A stretch of 64,000 bases of DNA from Raillietiella orientalis (lineage: Eukaryota). Where the stretch lies: assembly GCA_036172245.1 (NCBI GenBank), contig JAYWIR010000130.1:1-64000 (forward strand). Reading direction: 5' to 3'. Below are positions 13,701-25,678 of this stretch, in pieces. The position numbers were made by a program, and so were the translations under genes. The number at the start of each line of letters is the position of its first letter. Positions within the stretch are counted from its first letter, which is position 1. The notes beneath the pieces are model-generated. The model was not told where the DNA came from, made no database searches, and saw only the letters and a program-made list of their open reading frames with translations.

Positions 13701-16246
13701 TTCCAGTCCTGAAGCGTGTGGAAGCTGAAACCTCGTATGAATCCGCGGAGATGCTCCGCGGCTTCCGGAAGTTTCAGCTAGTCCCGCGGCAAGCGCCACG
13801 CAGATAACGGCGTACCTTTATCGCGTGGGCGTACCTCGAGAACGATCCGGTCATGCTCCGACAGTTCCGACGGTAACTTGCCGCGACTGCCCACGCGTGA
13901 GCATAGGTGATAGTCAAGAAACACGTGATCTATGCTGTCGGCCATTTCCATATCACCCGCGAACAAGTTGCGCGTGTACATCTCTGCACACAGCTCTTTC
14001 ACGCGGTCCCGAAGAGTGTCGGACGCACCTGACAGCGTGCGCAGGTTAAAGTCACCTGCGATTAGGTGCGCTTTGCGCACTCCCGCTTCGTCCAGATATT
14101 CCCGCCTCAGGGTTAGGAAGGAATCTCTTCTTGCCTTTGCCCTTAGCGCGTCGCTGCCGCCTGGGGCGTACACGTTGGTAATGAGCAGATCGATGGATTC
14201 GGACCACCTGATGGTCAACTGCCCGACGCGACCGGCACTATCGAACCGTACGCCCTTTGCCGCAGCCTCGACAGCTGGACGAAGCAGGAACGCGACACCG
14301 CAAGATTCAACGGTGCCGCAACGCGACAGCAGCCGTCCACCCGAGTTACGCTCGATCTTCGTTGCTTGATCTGCGGAGATCACGTGGATGTCTTGCAGCA
14401 GCACCAGGTCGAACGATGCCAGTGGGAAGGCCACGTCTCATCTCTTGCCGTCGTCGCTTAGCCCGTTGAGGTTCCAACAGGCAATTCGCAGACGGCGGCA
14501 AGAGGCGATTCCCGGCATTAAGGCTGGGAACCTGGCGTTGCAGCACCTGTCAACGGACAGGTGGGAGGGACGAGTAAGGGGACCGCGGCCATCTCAGGCA
14601 CTTTAGGCACCTGGGGCACAGACTCTACCCTTTCCCTCCCTCCGGGTTCGCAGCGTGGAGTTACCTTTCGAGGAGAGTCCCCGGAGTTCCCCACTTTATT
14701 CTCACGCTCGCTTTCCTCAATTAACTCTACCTTTTCCACGGACGGGATAATTTTGCGGGCAGCCTTGTTCGTGCGATTGGCCTTGGAGCGGGAGGCCGTA
14801 ATGCCGCAGGCTGTGTTTTCCGCCTCTGCATCAGAGTTCGGAACCTTCGACTTCTTGATCGAGGTCGGACGCCTCAAGGCCTTTTTCGCGGATTTAGAGG
14901 GACGCTGCAAGGACGCAGCGAGCTCCTTCGCCGCTCGCTCAAAGGCGACGTCGTCGAGCATGCGTTCGACGACGGAGGCCACCGCAGGTTCGATAGCCTC
15001 GGGCATTAATTTGCCGGAGGGCTCAAAGTCGGCAGCGACGACAGCGTTTTTGCGGGTCTGTTGGACCGCAGGAATGTGCTTGATGACGAAAGAGCAGCGT
15101 TTGATATTTTGGTGACGTGGCAAATTATCGCTGCGTCTATCGACATTGTCTTTTGCTTCCTTGAGGCTTTTCTGCCTCTTGGATTTTACTACCTGCCATC
15201 CAGGTTCCAAGCCGTTTTCCTCGACCTTGTCCGAGTTTTCCAAGATCTCGGAGCTGAGGTTCACCTGGGGCACGATAGTTGTTTTTCGAGCGGCGGCTCT
15301 CTTCAGGGCTGCCTGAACTCGTCTTTTTCTCGCCACGCGGTTCTTCGCATTCCGTGCCGCCGCGACGCGGAATTCATTTTGCGGGCACACTGAAAGAGTG
15401 TGCCCGGGTTGCTTGCATTGCTTGCACTGCAAGTGGGAACACCTTTTTTTTAGGTGACCAGAAGTGCATCAATGCCCGCAGAAATTCGGCTTACCAACAT
15501 ACCAGATGTCAACGGGTTCCCCGTTGACCTCCAGCTTGTTAGGTAGGGAGCAACCCTCGCGGACCGTGATGCGCGCGGAAGCCATACCGCAATTCAGGAG
15601 ATCGTACTCCCAAAACGGAGTCATACTTTTCCACAACGCGTGGACAGTTCCAAATTTAAGTAGTTCCTTTCGGACAGCCTCTTCGGCCATCCGGAAGGTG
15701 ATTCCGAGGAGGTGGATCACGATAGATCTATCCTGCGTGATGGGAAGGAGCCGACGATTCCCCAAAGGTACAGGTGTACGGAGGAGACGCTGGGCAAGAC
15801 TTACTTCTTTGCAAATCACCTCAACGTACTGTCACTTCTCCTGATGGTCATCGCCAAGAGCTCCTCCTGTGGTACTTTCAGGGAGTGCATCGCTTTCGAG
15901 AAAACGCGTGCACTCTCAAAGGAGTAAAGGTTGCCTAACTTTTAGATAAGAGGAGGATTGTACCCCTCCTCCAGGTAGGCTTTCAACTCAGCCGCAGCCG
16001 CTTGCGTTGGCGCCGCAGTCACGGAACTCCAGCTTCTCCCTAGCAAGGGAGTCGCTTCTGTGTGGGCGGTTGCCCCCACATCCATTGATTCAGGAGGCGA
16101 CATAGACGTCGCCCCCTCCTTAACATTAATGGTGGTCCCAGGCATTGCTGCCTAGCCACCACCGAATCCACTGGCACACCAAGAAAAAAAAGAAAAAAAA
16201 CAAAACCACAAACGCTCAAGAGCGAAACAAAAACCCGTCAGCTCTC
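10765..16246 (-). mobile_element. Element E: full-length (~5.5 kb) decayed copy nested antisense in D
   Basis: ORF1 16145-14518, TAATG, ORF2 14518 to ~10990 (GDFN, DLHKAFD, QGDSLSP, YAND); 3' AATAAA plus hairpin 10771-10794; CTCGA at both flanks (10760-10764, 16248-16252). Confidence 0.92.
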
Positions 16247-16500
16247 GCTCGAGGACTGGGACGATCTGAAAAGATCGGTCTGCGAGTTCTGCTGCCGGAT
16301 CCCCTTGCACCTGCATCCACGCGGCTTCGGGAAGGGTGTCGCGAGCAGCAGATCGTTTCTGCAGACGCGTACCTTTTACCGATGCCAGGATGTCCGGCGT
16401 CTGGCGGAGTAGAAGGCCAGGGCCGAGGGTCAGGTTTGGCAGTCTGGAGCGACTTGTCTGCTCGATGACGCTGGCCAGGAATGCTCGGCTGCAGCCGACG
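16247..16500 (+). mobile_element. Element D, continuation of ORF2 after the E insertion
   Basis: Reads LEDWDDLKRSVCEFC...LLDDAGQECSAAADV, continuing D's ...IREL. Confidence 0.85.
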
Positions 16501-16894
16501 TTTGTCACTTGGCGATGCCGGGGCAATTGTTATTCTAAGTTTTTACAAAAATTAGATAATGAAGTCTTTAAAAAATGTTTTCTGTGGGGGAACACTGGGT
16601 TCTCATACGCAACAATGTACTTGCTAATCGGTCTTTTGACAGGCGAGTTTCTCTCCCCAGGCGCTGCAGAAAGGAAAAAAGGAAAATAAAAAACAAAAAA
16701 AAGGAAATAACGGGGAGAAAAACTGTTCTATGGGGAGGTGGGGGGTAGGGAAGGGATCACTGAACGCCTGGTACGGTCCTCCGCTTCCTGTTGAGGATGC
16801 AGTCAAGTTCAGTTTTTATTGTGAAAGGTAGACGCCACCTTGTCGCCGTCTTCGAAGAGATCGTCGTCTAGTGGATGGCGTGCGCAACACTTGT
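16501..16894 (-). mobile_element. Element F: 3'-terminal fragment, same family as T
   Basis: C-terminus AIH*TTISSKTATRWRLPF matches T (AIHWTTISLETATRWRLPP); 3' UTR homologous to 57355-57464. Confidence 0.85.
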
Positions 16895-16907
16895 GGAGGG
16901 GTGGTTG

Positions 16908-19900
16908 TTTGTCACCCGGGTGCGCCGGGGCGTTTATTATAAACTAACCGGGAACAGGGTTCCCGGACAAAGGGGAAAAGAAGAGACGAAGGGGGTGGGA
17001 TCCCCGACACGCAGGTCGGTATGCCGAAAGTCCGGAACGGGAGAAAAGGGACCACAAACACACTACTATATAAAAAAATAAAAGAAAAATATGGAGGGCA
17101 GGGGACAGGGGTCTTTGGTAAATCCGTTCCTTCCTTTCAAAACGGGCGATGGATGCCGGCGATCTCTCTCCTTACGCCCTGTGGCAGATGGGCCCACTGG
17201 GCAGCCGACGACATGTTTGCGCTGGCTAATCCGGTGGGCTGACGAAGGATGGCCAGCTTCTCCAACTCTCGGTGGGCCTTGTCGATGGCGCGGGTGCAAC
17301 ACACGGTTGCAACGACAGCACCCAATGACAGGCCGCCTGGCGTGAAGAAGCGGCGCATCAACTCCCTCGCGGTGTCCCCCTGGTGCAGGAGAGCTGAGGC
17401 CAGCCTCCGCCAGAGTCCTAGAAGGGCACCACAGTCCAGGAGCAGGTGCGAGAGCGTTTCCACTTCCCCGCACCGCTTACAGTTTGGGGAGACGACTCCC
17501 CCGGAAACAAGGTTCGTGCGCTGGTTGGAGTGAAAACCCCAATGCACCATCATAATCACATCCTGCTTCCACGAAAGGGGGAACACAGAAGTGTTCAGAC
17601 ACGAGGGAGGAACCACAAGTTCTTCAAGGGGCACACTCAAGTGTTCGCTCCACCGAAGAAGTCCCTTCGGAACGTGGCGAGGCGTGGCGGCGTCCGCCAG
17701 CTCGCAAGTCTTACAGCCGCCAATAGGTCGCGTTGTTCCTGCGATGGTGCAGGCGACCTCCCATCTCGCCGGTTCGCAACTGTCATCTCTTGCCCTGAGG
17801 GCTGACAGCGCGTCTTCGAGGGGGGTGACGGCCAGGCGGGTCCACTTCTCCTGGCTGTTGCACACCTCATCCACCGTGCAGTACGGGGAGAGGTGAGCGC
17901 AACGGAGTTCCAGGAGGGAAACATCCTGGTGCTTTGCCTAACCATGCAACGGTTCCTGCCGCCAGGCTTGAAAGTTCGTTGGGCGGCAGGAGATCCATTC
18001 CTGGGCTTCCAGGAGCCGATACAGCGGTTTCAAGGGGAAACCGAAGCTTCTCGTGGCGCGCTCCGTGTGCGGCCGCAGCGACAGAAGTCCATCGCTGCCT
18101 GTGCAGCGCCGCAGAAGCAGGCGCGCGGGAGCGCACCACGGAGTGGACCAAAGGTTGGCGCACAGGGCCAACATCCGAAGCTGCACCTGCAGCTCGATTC
18201 TCTCCAGCGTCAGGATGCCTAATCCAGCATCCCGACGCGGAGCCGCCAAGTCTTTGAGGCGGATCCTGGACCTCGCAGGTCCCCACAGAGCGTTCCTCAA
18301 CAGGCTGTGCGCCTGGAGCTTGGCCGAGTAGGGGGGCGGGCAAACAAAAAGCAGGGGGCGCAAGAGAGCGGCAACGAAGGTGTTCCATATCGTGGCCCGC
18401 TCCGGCAAGACGAACCTGCCATGGTGGAACGGGCTCAGGGCATTCGAAGCCTTCCGAAGGCAGTCCGACCACACTTCCACTGGGCTGATGTTCCCCAGCG
18501 GAACGCCCAGATATTGCACGGAGGAAGCGGTCGGGATCCCCAGGCGGATCCAGTCGGACTGCCCCTCCCACGCCGCACCAATAGGTACGACCACGCTCTT
18601 GCTCCGGTTTACGCTCATGCCCGCTCCCCGGCGAATCAGCTCGAAGAAATCCTCGAGACTGGATGCCGGGGTGATCATGGGTAAGAGGAGGAGCAGGTCG
18701 TCAGCATAGGCCGCCACGGACGGCGTTCCTGGACAAGAGCTCGGCAGGTTGGCCAGCGTCAGCCTGTACGCCCTCAGCACCAACTCAAAGAAGATGCTGA
18801 AGAGCAACGGGCTTAAGCTGTCGCCGTGCCTGATGCCCCGCCGCACCGGAACGCCGTACACGTGGCAGCCGCTAAAAGAGATGGAAATGAGCGCGTGGCG
18901 CCAGCAAGCGCGCAAATACGCCACGAGTTGCAACGGGAGACCGAGGCGTTCCAGGAGCTCCAGCAGGAGATCCTGATTTACGCAATCGAACGCCTTGCGG
19001 AGATCGACCGCGACCGCCAAGGCACCCGGCGCTTCCCCAGGCCGAATGCAGCGACGCCTAGCCTCGGCAGCCGCAGACGCGGTTGCCTGGCTGTCGTGCG
19101 CCACGCAGCGTTGCAGCTCGAGCAACGTGCGCGCGAAGAACAGGTTCGCCTCCATGGACCGCCCGGGAACAGCGTAAGACTGCTCCGGACTTACCACGGA
19201 TCCAGCGATCCTGCCCAGGCGCGCGACCCACAGCCTGGAGAACAACTTGACGTCCGCATTCACCAAGGTGATGGGACGCCAGTTGCTTAAATGGCGCATG
19301 TCTCCGCCTTTCGGCAACAGACACACCCTTGCTGAGCGAAACGAGGCCGGGACATTGCCCGTCTCTCGCCTCAGCGCAGAAAGCCTCAGCACCAGGGGGA
19401 TGAGTTCCGCCGCGAAGCACTGAAAGAACTCCGCAGGCAGACCATCCTCACCTGGCGCCTTGCGCTTCTTGAGGCCCGATATGGCGGAAGACACTTCTTC
19501 CGCCGTGAAGGGCAAGTCAAGAGTGGCGCGTTCCTCCTCGTCGACCGCCGGGGAATCCGCCGGCAGAAGCAGCTCCGAGAGACTGCGTTCCGTCGGCTCC
19601 CGAGCGTACAACAAGGAGTAATAGCGCTTTAGGAGGCGGCGAACTTCGGCCGCGCCCGAGCACTCCAGGCCCTGGTCGTCGAGCAGACAAGCTGCTCCTG
19701 ACTGCCAGACCTGGCGCTCGGCCTTGGCCTTGTACTCCGCAAGGTACCGGACGTCCGGGCATCGACAGAATTGGCGGGCCTGCAGAAACTCTCTGCTGTT
19801 GGCCACGCCTTCCCCGAAGCCACGGGGAAGCAGGCGCAAGGGGAACCGGCTGCAGAACTCGCGGACCGATCTTTTCAGATCGTCCCAGTCCACGAGCTCT

Positions 19901-21525
19901 CGAACGGCAAAGGTCCGGAGATGCTGGCGGAGGTGCTCCGCAGCCACCGGATTTCTCAACCAGTCGGCCGGCAACCTCCAGACGTGCGTCGGAGGGCCCT
20001 TGCCAGGCGGGAGTAGCTCAAACTCCAGCCTGTAGTGGTCGGAAAGCTCGGACGGCACGGGACCTCTTCGACCCACCCGGCAATGCAGGTGATCGTCGAG
20101 GAACACATGGTCCGGCAAAGCACGCATTCCGGGATCGTCGGCCAGCAAATTCGAGGCGTGCACCGACGCGCACACCTCGTTCACCAGCCGTTTCTCCCGG
20201 CGACGGTGAGACTCCTCCGATAGCGCCTGGACGTTGAAGTCCCCGGCTACGAGGTGAGCCACGTCAGGGCCGGAGTTCCTCAGCCAGCGGTCGCGCAGTC
20301 TCTCGAAAAACTCCAGTTTCTCTATGTGACGCGCGGAGCTGCTCGTCGCGTACACGTCCGTGAGGACAAGGTTGATCGATTCGGACCACTTGGGAACAAG
20401 TTTGCCCACACGACCTTCCTCGTCGAAACAAACGCTCCGCACTGCTCCCTCTACCCTGCCCCGGACAAAGAATGCGACTCCGTAGTTTTTCTAGGAGCCT
20501 GACCTCCAATGGAGCGTTCCAACTGCGCGAACTTGCAGATCGGCCGCTTGCTGCTCGGAGATTGCGTGAATCTCCTGCAGCAGGGCCAAATCAAAGTCGC
20601 GCAAGACGTTGGCAACCAATCGCCTCTTCTCGTTGTCTTGCAGCCCGTTGACGTTCCAACAGGCCACTCGGACACGAGGATAAGAAGCGAGACCGCGCAT
20701 TGCTGCTACGGACATGAAGGTGCGTTCCACGCCCCGTCAGGCGAGGTATCAGCCGGGAGCACGGCGGATGAGGTAGCGCAAGCGCTTCCTGTCCCCGCCG
20801 CGCCGCTCGCGGCTGGCTCGATGGAGTCGAGGACCATTGCCTCGGGCTCCGAGGAGCATCGGGAACCGTTTCCGGAATCGGGCTCTTGCCTGGCAAGTTT
20901 AGGCTTGCGCGCAGCCCTGGCCTTGACCGGGGCTTGGCGAGCCTTAGCGCTGCCCTCGGACTCCACCTCGGAGTCCGAATTGCGCGCGCGCGGCGGCGGG
21001 CGTTTCGCCTGCCTCTTTGTTTGCTGGCAGCCCGGAGCTGGTCCAGCACTCTTAGAGGGTGCCTTCGTCGCCGATCCCCCTTTCGGGGTCACGGCTTCGG
21101 CAGCTCCCCTCTCGCCGCGGGTGTTTGAGGCGGCGCGCGCGGGGGCAGCAGAGGCTTTTCCTTGCGCCTTTCTGGGCGCGCGGGGTTGCCTCTTCACCCC
21201 GCCTACCTTTTGGATCGGGAAGTGGGAAGGATCGCGCGGTTTGCGCTCCTTCTTTCCCCCGACGAAGGTCCAGCCATCCTCGCCGCCTTCCTGTTTGCCC
21301 CGGTTGGGCGCGAGGGCTTCCAGGGTCCTTCGCATCCTTTCCAAGGCCTCGGATACAGCGATGGAGGCCAGTGTCTCCTTCGCCACGTCTGCCTTCTGCA
21401 CCTCCTTACCGGGAGGTGCGGGCACAGTGGCGGGATTCTCGGGTGTCGCGCGAGGCTTTTCAGCCTTTGCTGGCGTTCGGCCCGCCGTGGCCGGCTTGCC
21501 TGTCGCGGGCAAAGAAGCGCGCGAC
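16908..21525 (-). mobile_element. Element G: 5'-truncated copy with ORF1 C-terminus and near-complete ORF2
   Basis: ORF2 20700-17137 in frameshifted pieces (834-aa ORF with GDFN, SDH, DLRKAFD, YADD; CKRCGEVETLSHLLLDC); 3' AATAAA plus CCCGG-CGCAC-CCGGG. Confidence 0.92.
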
Positions 21526-22097
21526 CCCCGCGATAGCCGAGAGGATCTCGTCCATCGGAAGAGGCTCGTCGAGGTTCTTTGTCTCCTCCTCCCCGATCGC
21601 TGCAGCGCCTTCCGGAAGCAGGAGTCGTGAGACGTTCTTCTCCGAAGGTGCCCTGGCATACAGGGAGAAGTAGTAACTTCGCAGCAGCCTGCGGATTTGG
21701 GCGGGTGCCGAGTGCTCCTGGCCCTGATCGTCCAGCAACATGGCCGATCCCGACTTCCAGGCTTGTATCTCGGCTTCCGCTTTGTATTCCGCTAGCCTGC
21801 GGATGTCGGGGGTCCTGGCGTAACGACGGGCCTGCAGATAGGCTCGTTTGTTGCGGACCTTGGTCCCATAACCCGTAGGTATGCGGTGCAGAGGGAACTG
21901 GTCGCAGAGCTCCTGGACTTACCGCTTGAAGCGGTCTCGATCCTGGAGTGTCCGCATGCTGAAGCTCCATATGAACGCGCGGATATGTTCCGCCTTGTCC
22001 GGGTGCTTCAGCCAGTCCCCTGGGAGACGCCATGCTGAAGAGGGGGCCCCTTTGTCTCGCGGATAAACCTCGAGAACTATCGGGCGATGGTCGGACA
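21526..22097 (-). mobile_element. Element H: internal ORF2 fragment (APE end to pre-RT linker)
   Basis: SDH...AWRLPGDW...LLDDQGQEHSAPAQIRR...DEILSAIAG. Confidence 0.85.
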
Positions 22098-23571
22098 CCT
22101 TCGTTGCCCCTCTCTTGAGCCCCCTGTTTTTTGTTTGCCTGTTTCCCTACTAGGCGAAGCTTCAGGCGCACAGCCTATTAAGAAACGCTTTGTGGGGTCC
22201 TGCGAGGTCCAGGATACGCCTCAAAGAATTGGCGGCTTCGCGTCGGGATGCTGTCTTAGGCATCCTGATGCTGGAGAGAATCGAGCTGCATTTGCCGCTT
22301 CGGATGTTGGCCCTGTGCGCCAACCTTTGGTCCACTTCGTGGTGCGCTTCCGCCAGCCTGCTTCTGCGACGCTGCACAGGCAGCGATGGACTTCTGTCGC
22401 TGCGGGCGCACACGGAGCGCGCCACGAGAAGCTCTGGTTTCCCCTTGAAACCGCTCTACCGGCTCCTGGAAGCCCAGGAATGGATTTCCTGCCGTTCAAG
22501 GAACTTTCAAGCCTAATGGCAGAAACCGTTGCATGGCTGGGCTAATCACCAGGATGTTTCCCTCCTAAACTCCGTTGTGCTCACCTCTCCCCGTAGTGCA
22601 CGGTGGATGAGGTGTGCAACAGCCAGGAGAAGTGGACCCGCCTGGCCGTCACCCCCCTTGCCGACGCGCTGTCAGCCCTCAGGGCAAGAGAAGACAGTTA
22701 CGAACCGCCGAGATGGGAGGTCGCCTGCACCATCACAGGAACAACGCGACCTATTGGCGGCTGGAGGATTTGCGAGCTGGCGGACGCCGCCACGCCTCAC
22801 CACGTTCCGAAATGACTCCTTCGGTGGAGCGAACACTTGAGTGTGCCCCCCGAAGAACTTGTGGTCCCTCCCCCCTGTTTGAACACTTCTGGGTTCCCCC
22901 TTTCGTGGTAGCAGGGCGTCATTAAGCTGGTGCATTAAGGTTTTACTCCAACCAGAGGACGAACCGTGTTTCTGGGGGAGCTGTCTCTCAAACTGTAAGC
23001 GGTGTGGGGAAGTGGAAACGCTCCCGCACCTGCTCCTGGACTGCGGTGCCCTTCTAGGATTTTGGTTGAGGCTGGCTTCAGCTCTCCTACACCAGGGGGA
23101 CACCGCCAGGGACTTGATGCGCCGCTTCTTCACGCCAGGCGGCCTGTCTTTGGGTGCTGTCGTTGCAACCGTGTGTTGCACCCTCGCAATCGACAAGGCC
23201 CTCCGAGAGTTGCAGGAGCTGGCCATCCTTCGTCAGCCCACCGGATTAGCCAGCACAAGCATGTCGTCGGCAGCCGAGAGAGCCCATCTGCCACAGGTCG
23301 TGAGGAGAGAGATCGCAGGCATCCATCGCCGGTTTTGAAAGGAAGGAACGGACTCACTAAAGACCCCTGTCTTCTGCCCACCATATTTTTATTTTTATTT
23401 TAATTTTTTATGGTAGTCTATTTGTGGTACCCTCCCTCCTGTTCCGGACTTTCGCCATACCGACCTGCGTGACGGGGATCCCTCCCCCTTTGTATCTTTT
23501 TTTCCCCTTTGTCCAGGAAGACTGTTCCCGAATAGTTTTTAATAAACGCCCCGGCGCATCCGGGTGATAAA
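22098..23571 (+). mobile_element. Element I: 5'-truncated 3' fragment, same family as G
   Basis: Close reverse-complement match to 16908-18385; AATAAA 23541-23546 plus CCCGG-CGCAT-CCGGG. Confidence 0.9.
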
Positions 23572-25660
23572 CAGCCGACTCCCGCGATCGTCTGGATTTC
23601 CTCGACTTCTGCCGCGGTGATCACGTGGATCTCCTGCGGCAGGGCCAGGTCGGACTCACGCAGGATGTCGGCCGTATCTCGTCTGCTGCTGTCGTCGCGC
23701 AGCCCGTTGACATTCCAAGAGGCCAGGTGTTTCCGACGGGGACAGGCGAGCCCAGGTGGTAATCCTGCAAAAGTGGTAGTGCGGCGTCCGCCACCTGTTG
23801 GTGGGGGACGCTTGGAGGCGGACGGGTCGGTGCTTCGAGCACCTTCTCCCCCTCTTCCATTGGTGTCGGTGCGTCAGACGTATCGCCCGAAGGTGTGGTC
23901 GCGCCTACCTGATCACCCTCGTCCATAGGGGCATGCTTTTCGGGTTGGGTGCATGCAAGGTTGGCTTCGTTACCCTGCTCTCCTTTTTCCATAGGCGTCG
24001 CCTGTGCGCCGGCTTCCGAGCGTGAGAGTTCCCCCTCCGTGATTCCCACGCTGGCGTCGGCTTTCGGCTTCTCCTCCTCGCTCGAAACGGGAGTGCACCT
24101 TTTGGGCTTTTGGAACTTACGTCCTGCCTTTCGAGGATGTTTCTCCGCGGAGGAGGATGAGTTTCCGGACTACCGGTGGGACTCACCTGCTTGAGACATT
24201 ATGTCTTTCTTAGGATCCGGCCTGCGGACTTCCTTACGCGACGGGGTTACGCGCTCTGCGAGCGTTGCTGCGAGCTCCTCCGCGTCCTTCTCGAAGGACG
24301 CGTCATTGCTGCCGGCCAACGTTGCCGCGGGCTCCTTCGCGACCTTATCAAACGCGGCGTCCTCGCTTTCGGCGCGCTAGTTTCGCGTCTCACCCTCTAA
24401 CCCTAGAGTAGACTCGTCCTTGGGAGTTTCGATCGCTTCCGCATCAGCTGATTTCTCAACTTTCTCGCAGGCAGCATCTTCAGGAACGGGTAAGCGTTCC
24501 AATACCACCGAGCATTGTCGGAATTCGGCGCGCGGTAGCGATTTTTTCTTTTATGCGACGGTAACCTTTTTCTCCGACTTTTTCTCATCTTCCTTCTCTT
24601 TCTTTTCTTTCCTGGCCTTTACCAGCTTCCAGTACCTTCGTTTTGCGTTATTTCGGAATGCTTTTCCTCCGACACCTGTGTCTGAGGTTGAGGATCCGAG
24701 GGCAGTTGCCGGCCATTTTCCGTATTAGGTCTTTCGACCTTCCTCATGAGTTTCGGTTGCACTTTTTTGGCGGCAGGCAGAACCGGGATGGGGCGCATAG
24801 GGCAAACGCTTCGAACTGCCCTTTATTTCCGCATAAGTGGCAGACAATGTTCGGGCAACTTTTTCTTAGATGAGCTACTAAATTGCAGTTGCCACAAAAT
24901 TAAGGGTTCCCCAAGAACAAGAGATCTACCGGTTCATAACAGACCTCCAGTTTGTGGGTAAGCACACCACCCACTTCCACCATGAGACGCGCTGCGGCTT
25001 GGCCTCCAAAAATGCTATTGAAGCCATCAAAAATCGTAGGCTTCGGCCTCAACGCGTGCACTTCACCGTGCTTATGTAGTTGATCACCAACCGCTGACCA
25101 CGTCATGCAACTGGTGATACCGGTGAGATGGACCACTACAGAGCGGTGCATCATCACCAGCAAGATCTTTCAAATATCAACGATCAGCGGGTCGGTGATC
25201 AGCCGTTGGGTCAAGGTGATATTTTTGTATACCACCTCGAACCGCTGACCCCCGCTAAGGACGGAGAGGCCGTCGAGATCCTGCTCCCGAATATTTGCGT
25301 TCTGCAGCGCCCTCGAGAAGGCGCGAGCAGTCCCCCCATCAAATAGTGGTCCTACCATATATATCAGCGTGGGTTAATACCCTGCTGCCCGGTAGGCCAT
25401 TTGTTCCGCCAGGGCTTCGGCGCGGGGCGCTGCCTCCATGGCACTCCAAGTCCACGTCTGTAGCGCCAAGAGCGATTCCAAAGCGGATGGCCCTGATCCA
25501 GTAGGCTCTGGGAGCGAACTAGCCTCCCCCACGCCTACTTCCATCGCGGTGTCCTCTAGCAACGCAGCCTTCGGACACTGACGATGTGAACGCACAAACC
25601 AGTCAAAGAAAAACGCTCCTCTTGCCACGCAGGCGTTGCGACGGAAAAACACGTACGCTC
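23572..25660 (-). mobile_element. Element J: 5' UTR, ORF1 and start of APE (N/W-like family)
   Basis: MEVGVGEASS...AYRAAGY, SGGQRFEV, CSVVLERLP; ASWNVNG, QEIHVI...TIAG; 5' GTACGTG at 25650-25656. Confidence 0.85.
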
Positions 25661-25678
25661 ACCACAAGAGGGTTTGGC

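Noticed and set aside
21520..21540. H/G junction sequence atcgcggggg as another 'IAGG' target event
   Set aside because: It is a 5'-truncation junction in the opposite orientation and a different protein region; probably coincidence
20509..21630. Long ORFs antisense to element ORFs (also 8756-9631, 46381-47256, 52591-53532) as extra genes
   Set aside because: Shadow frames of GC-rich coding sequence, with no recognisable motifs
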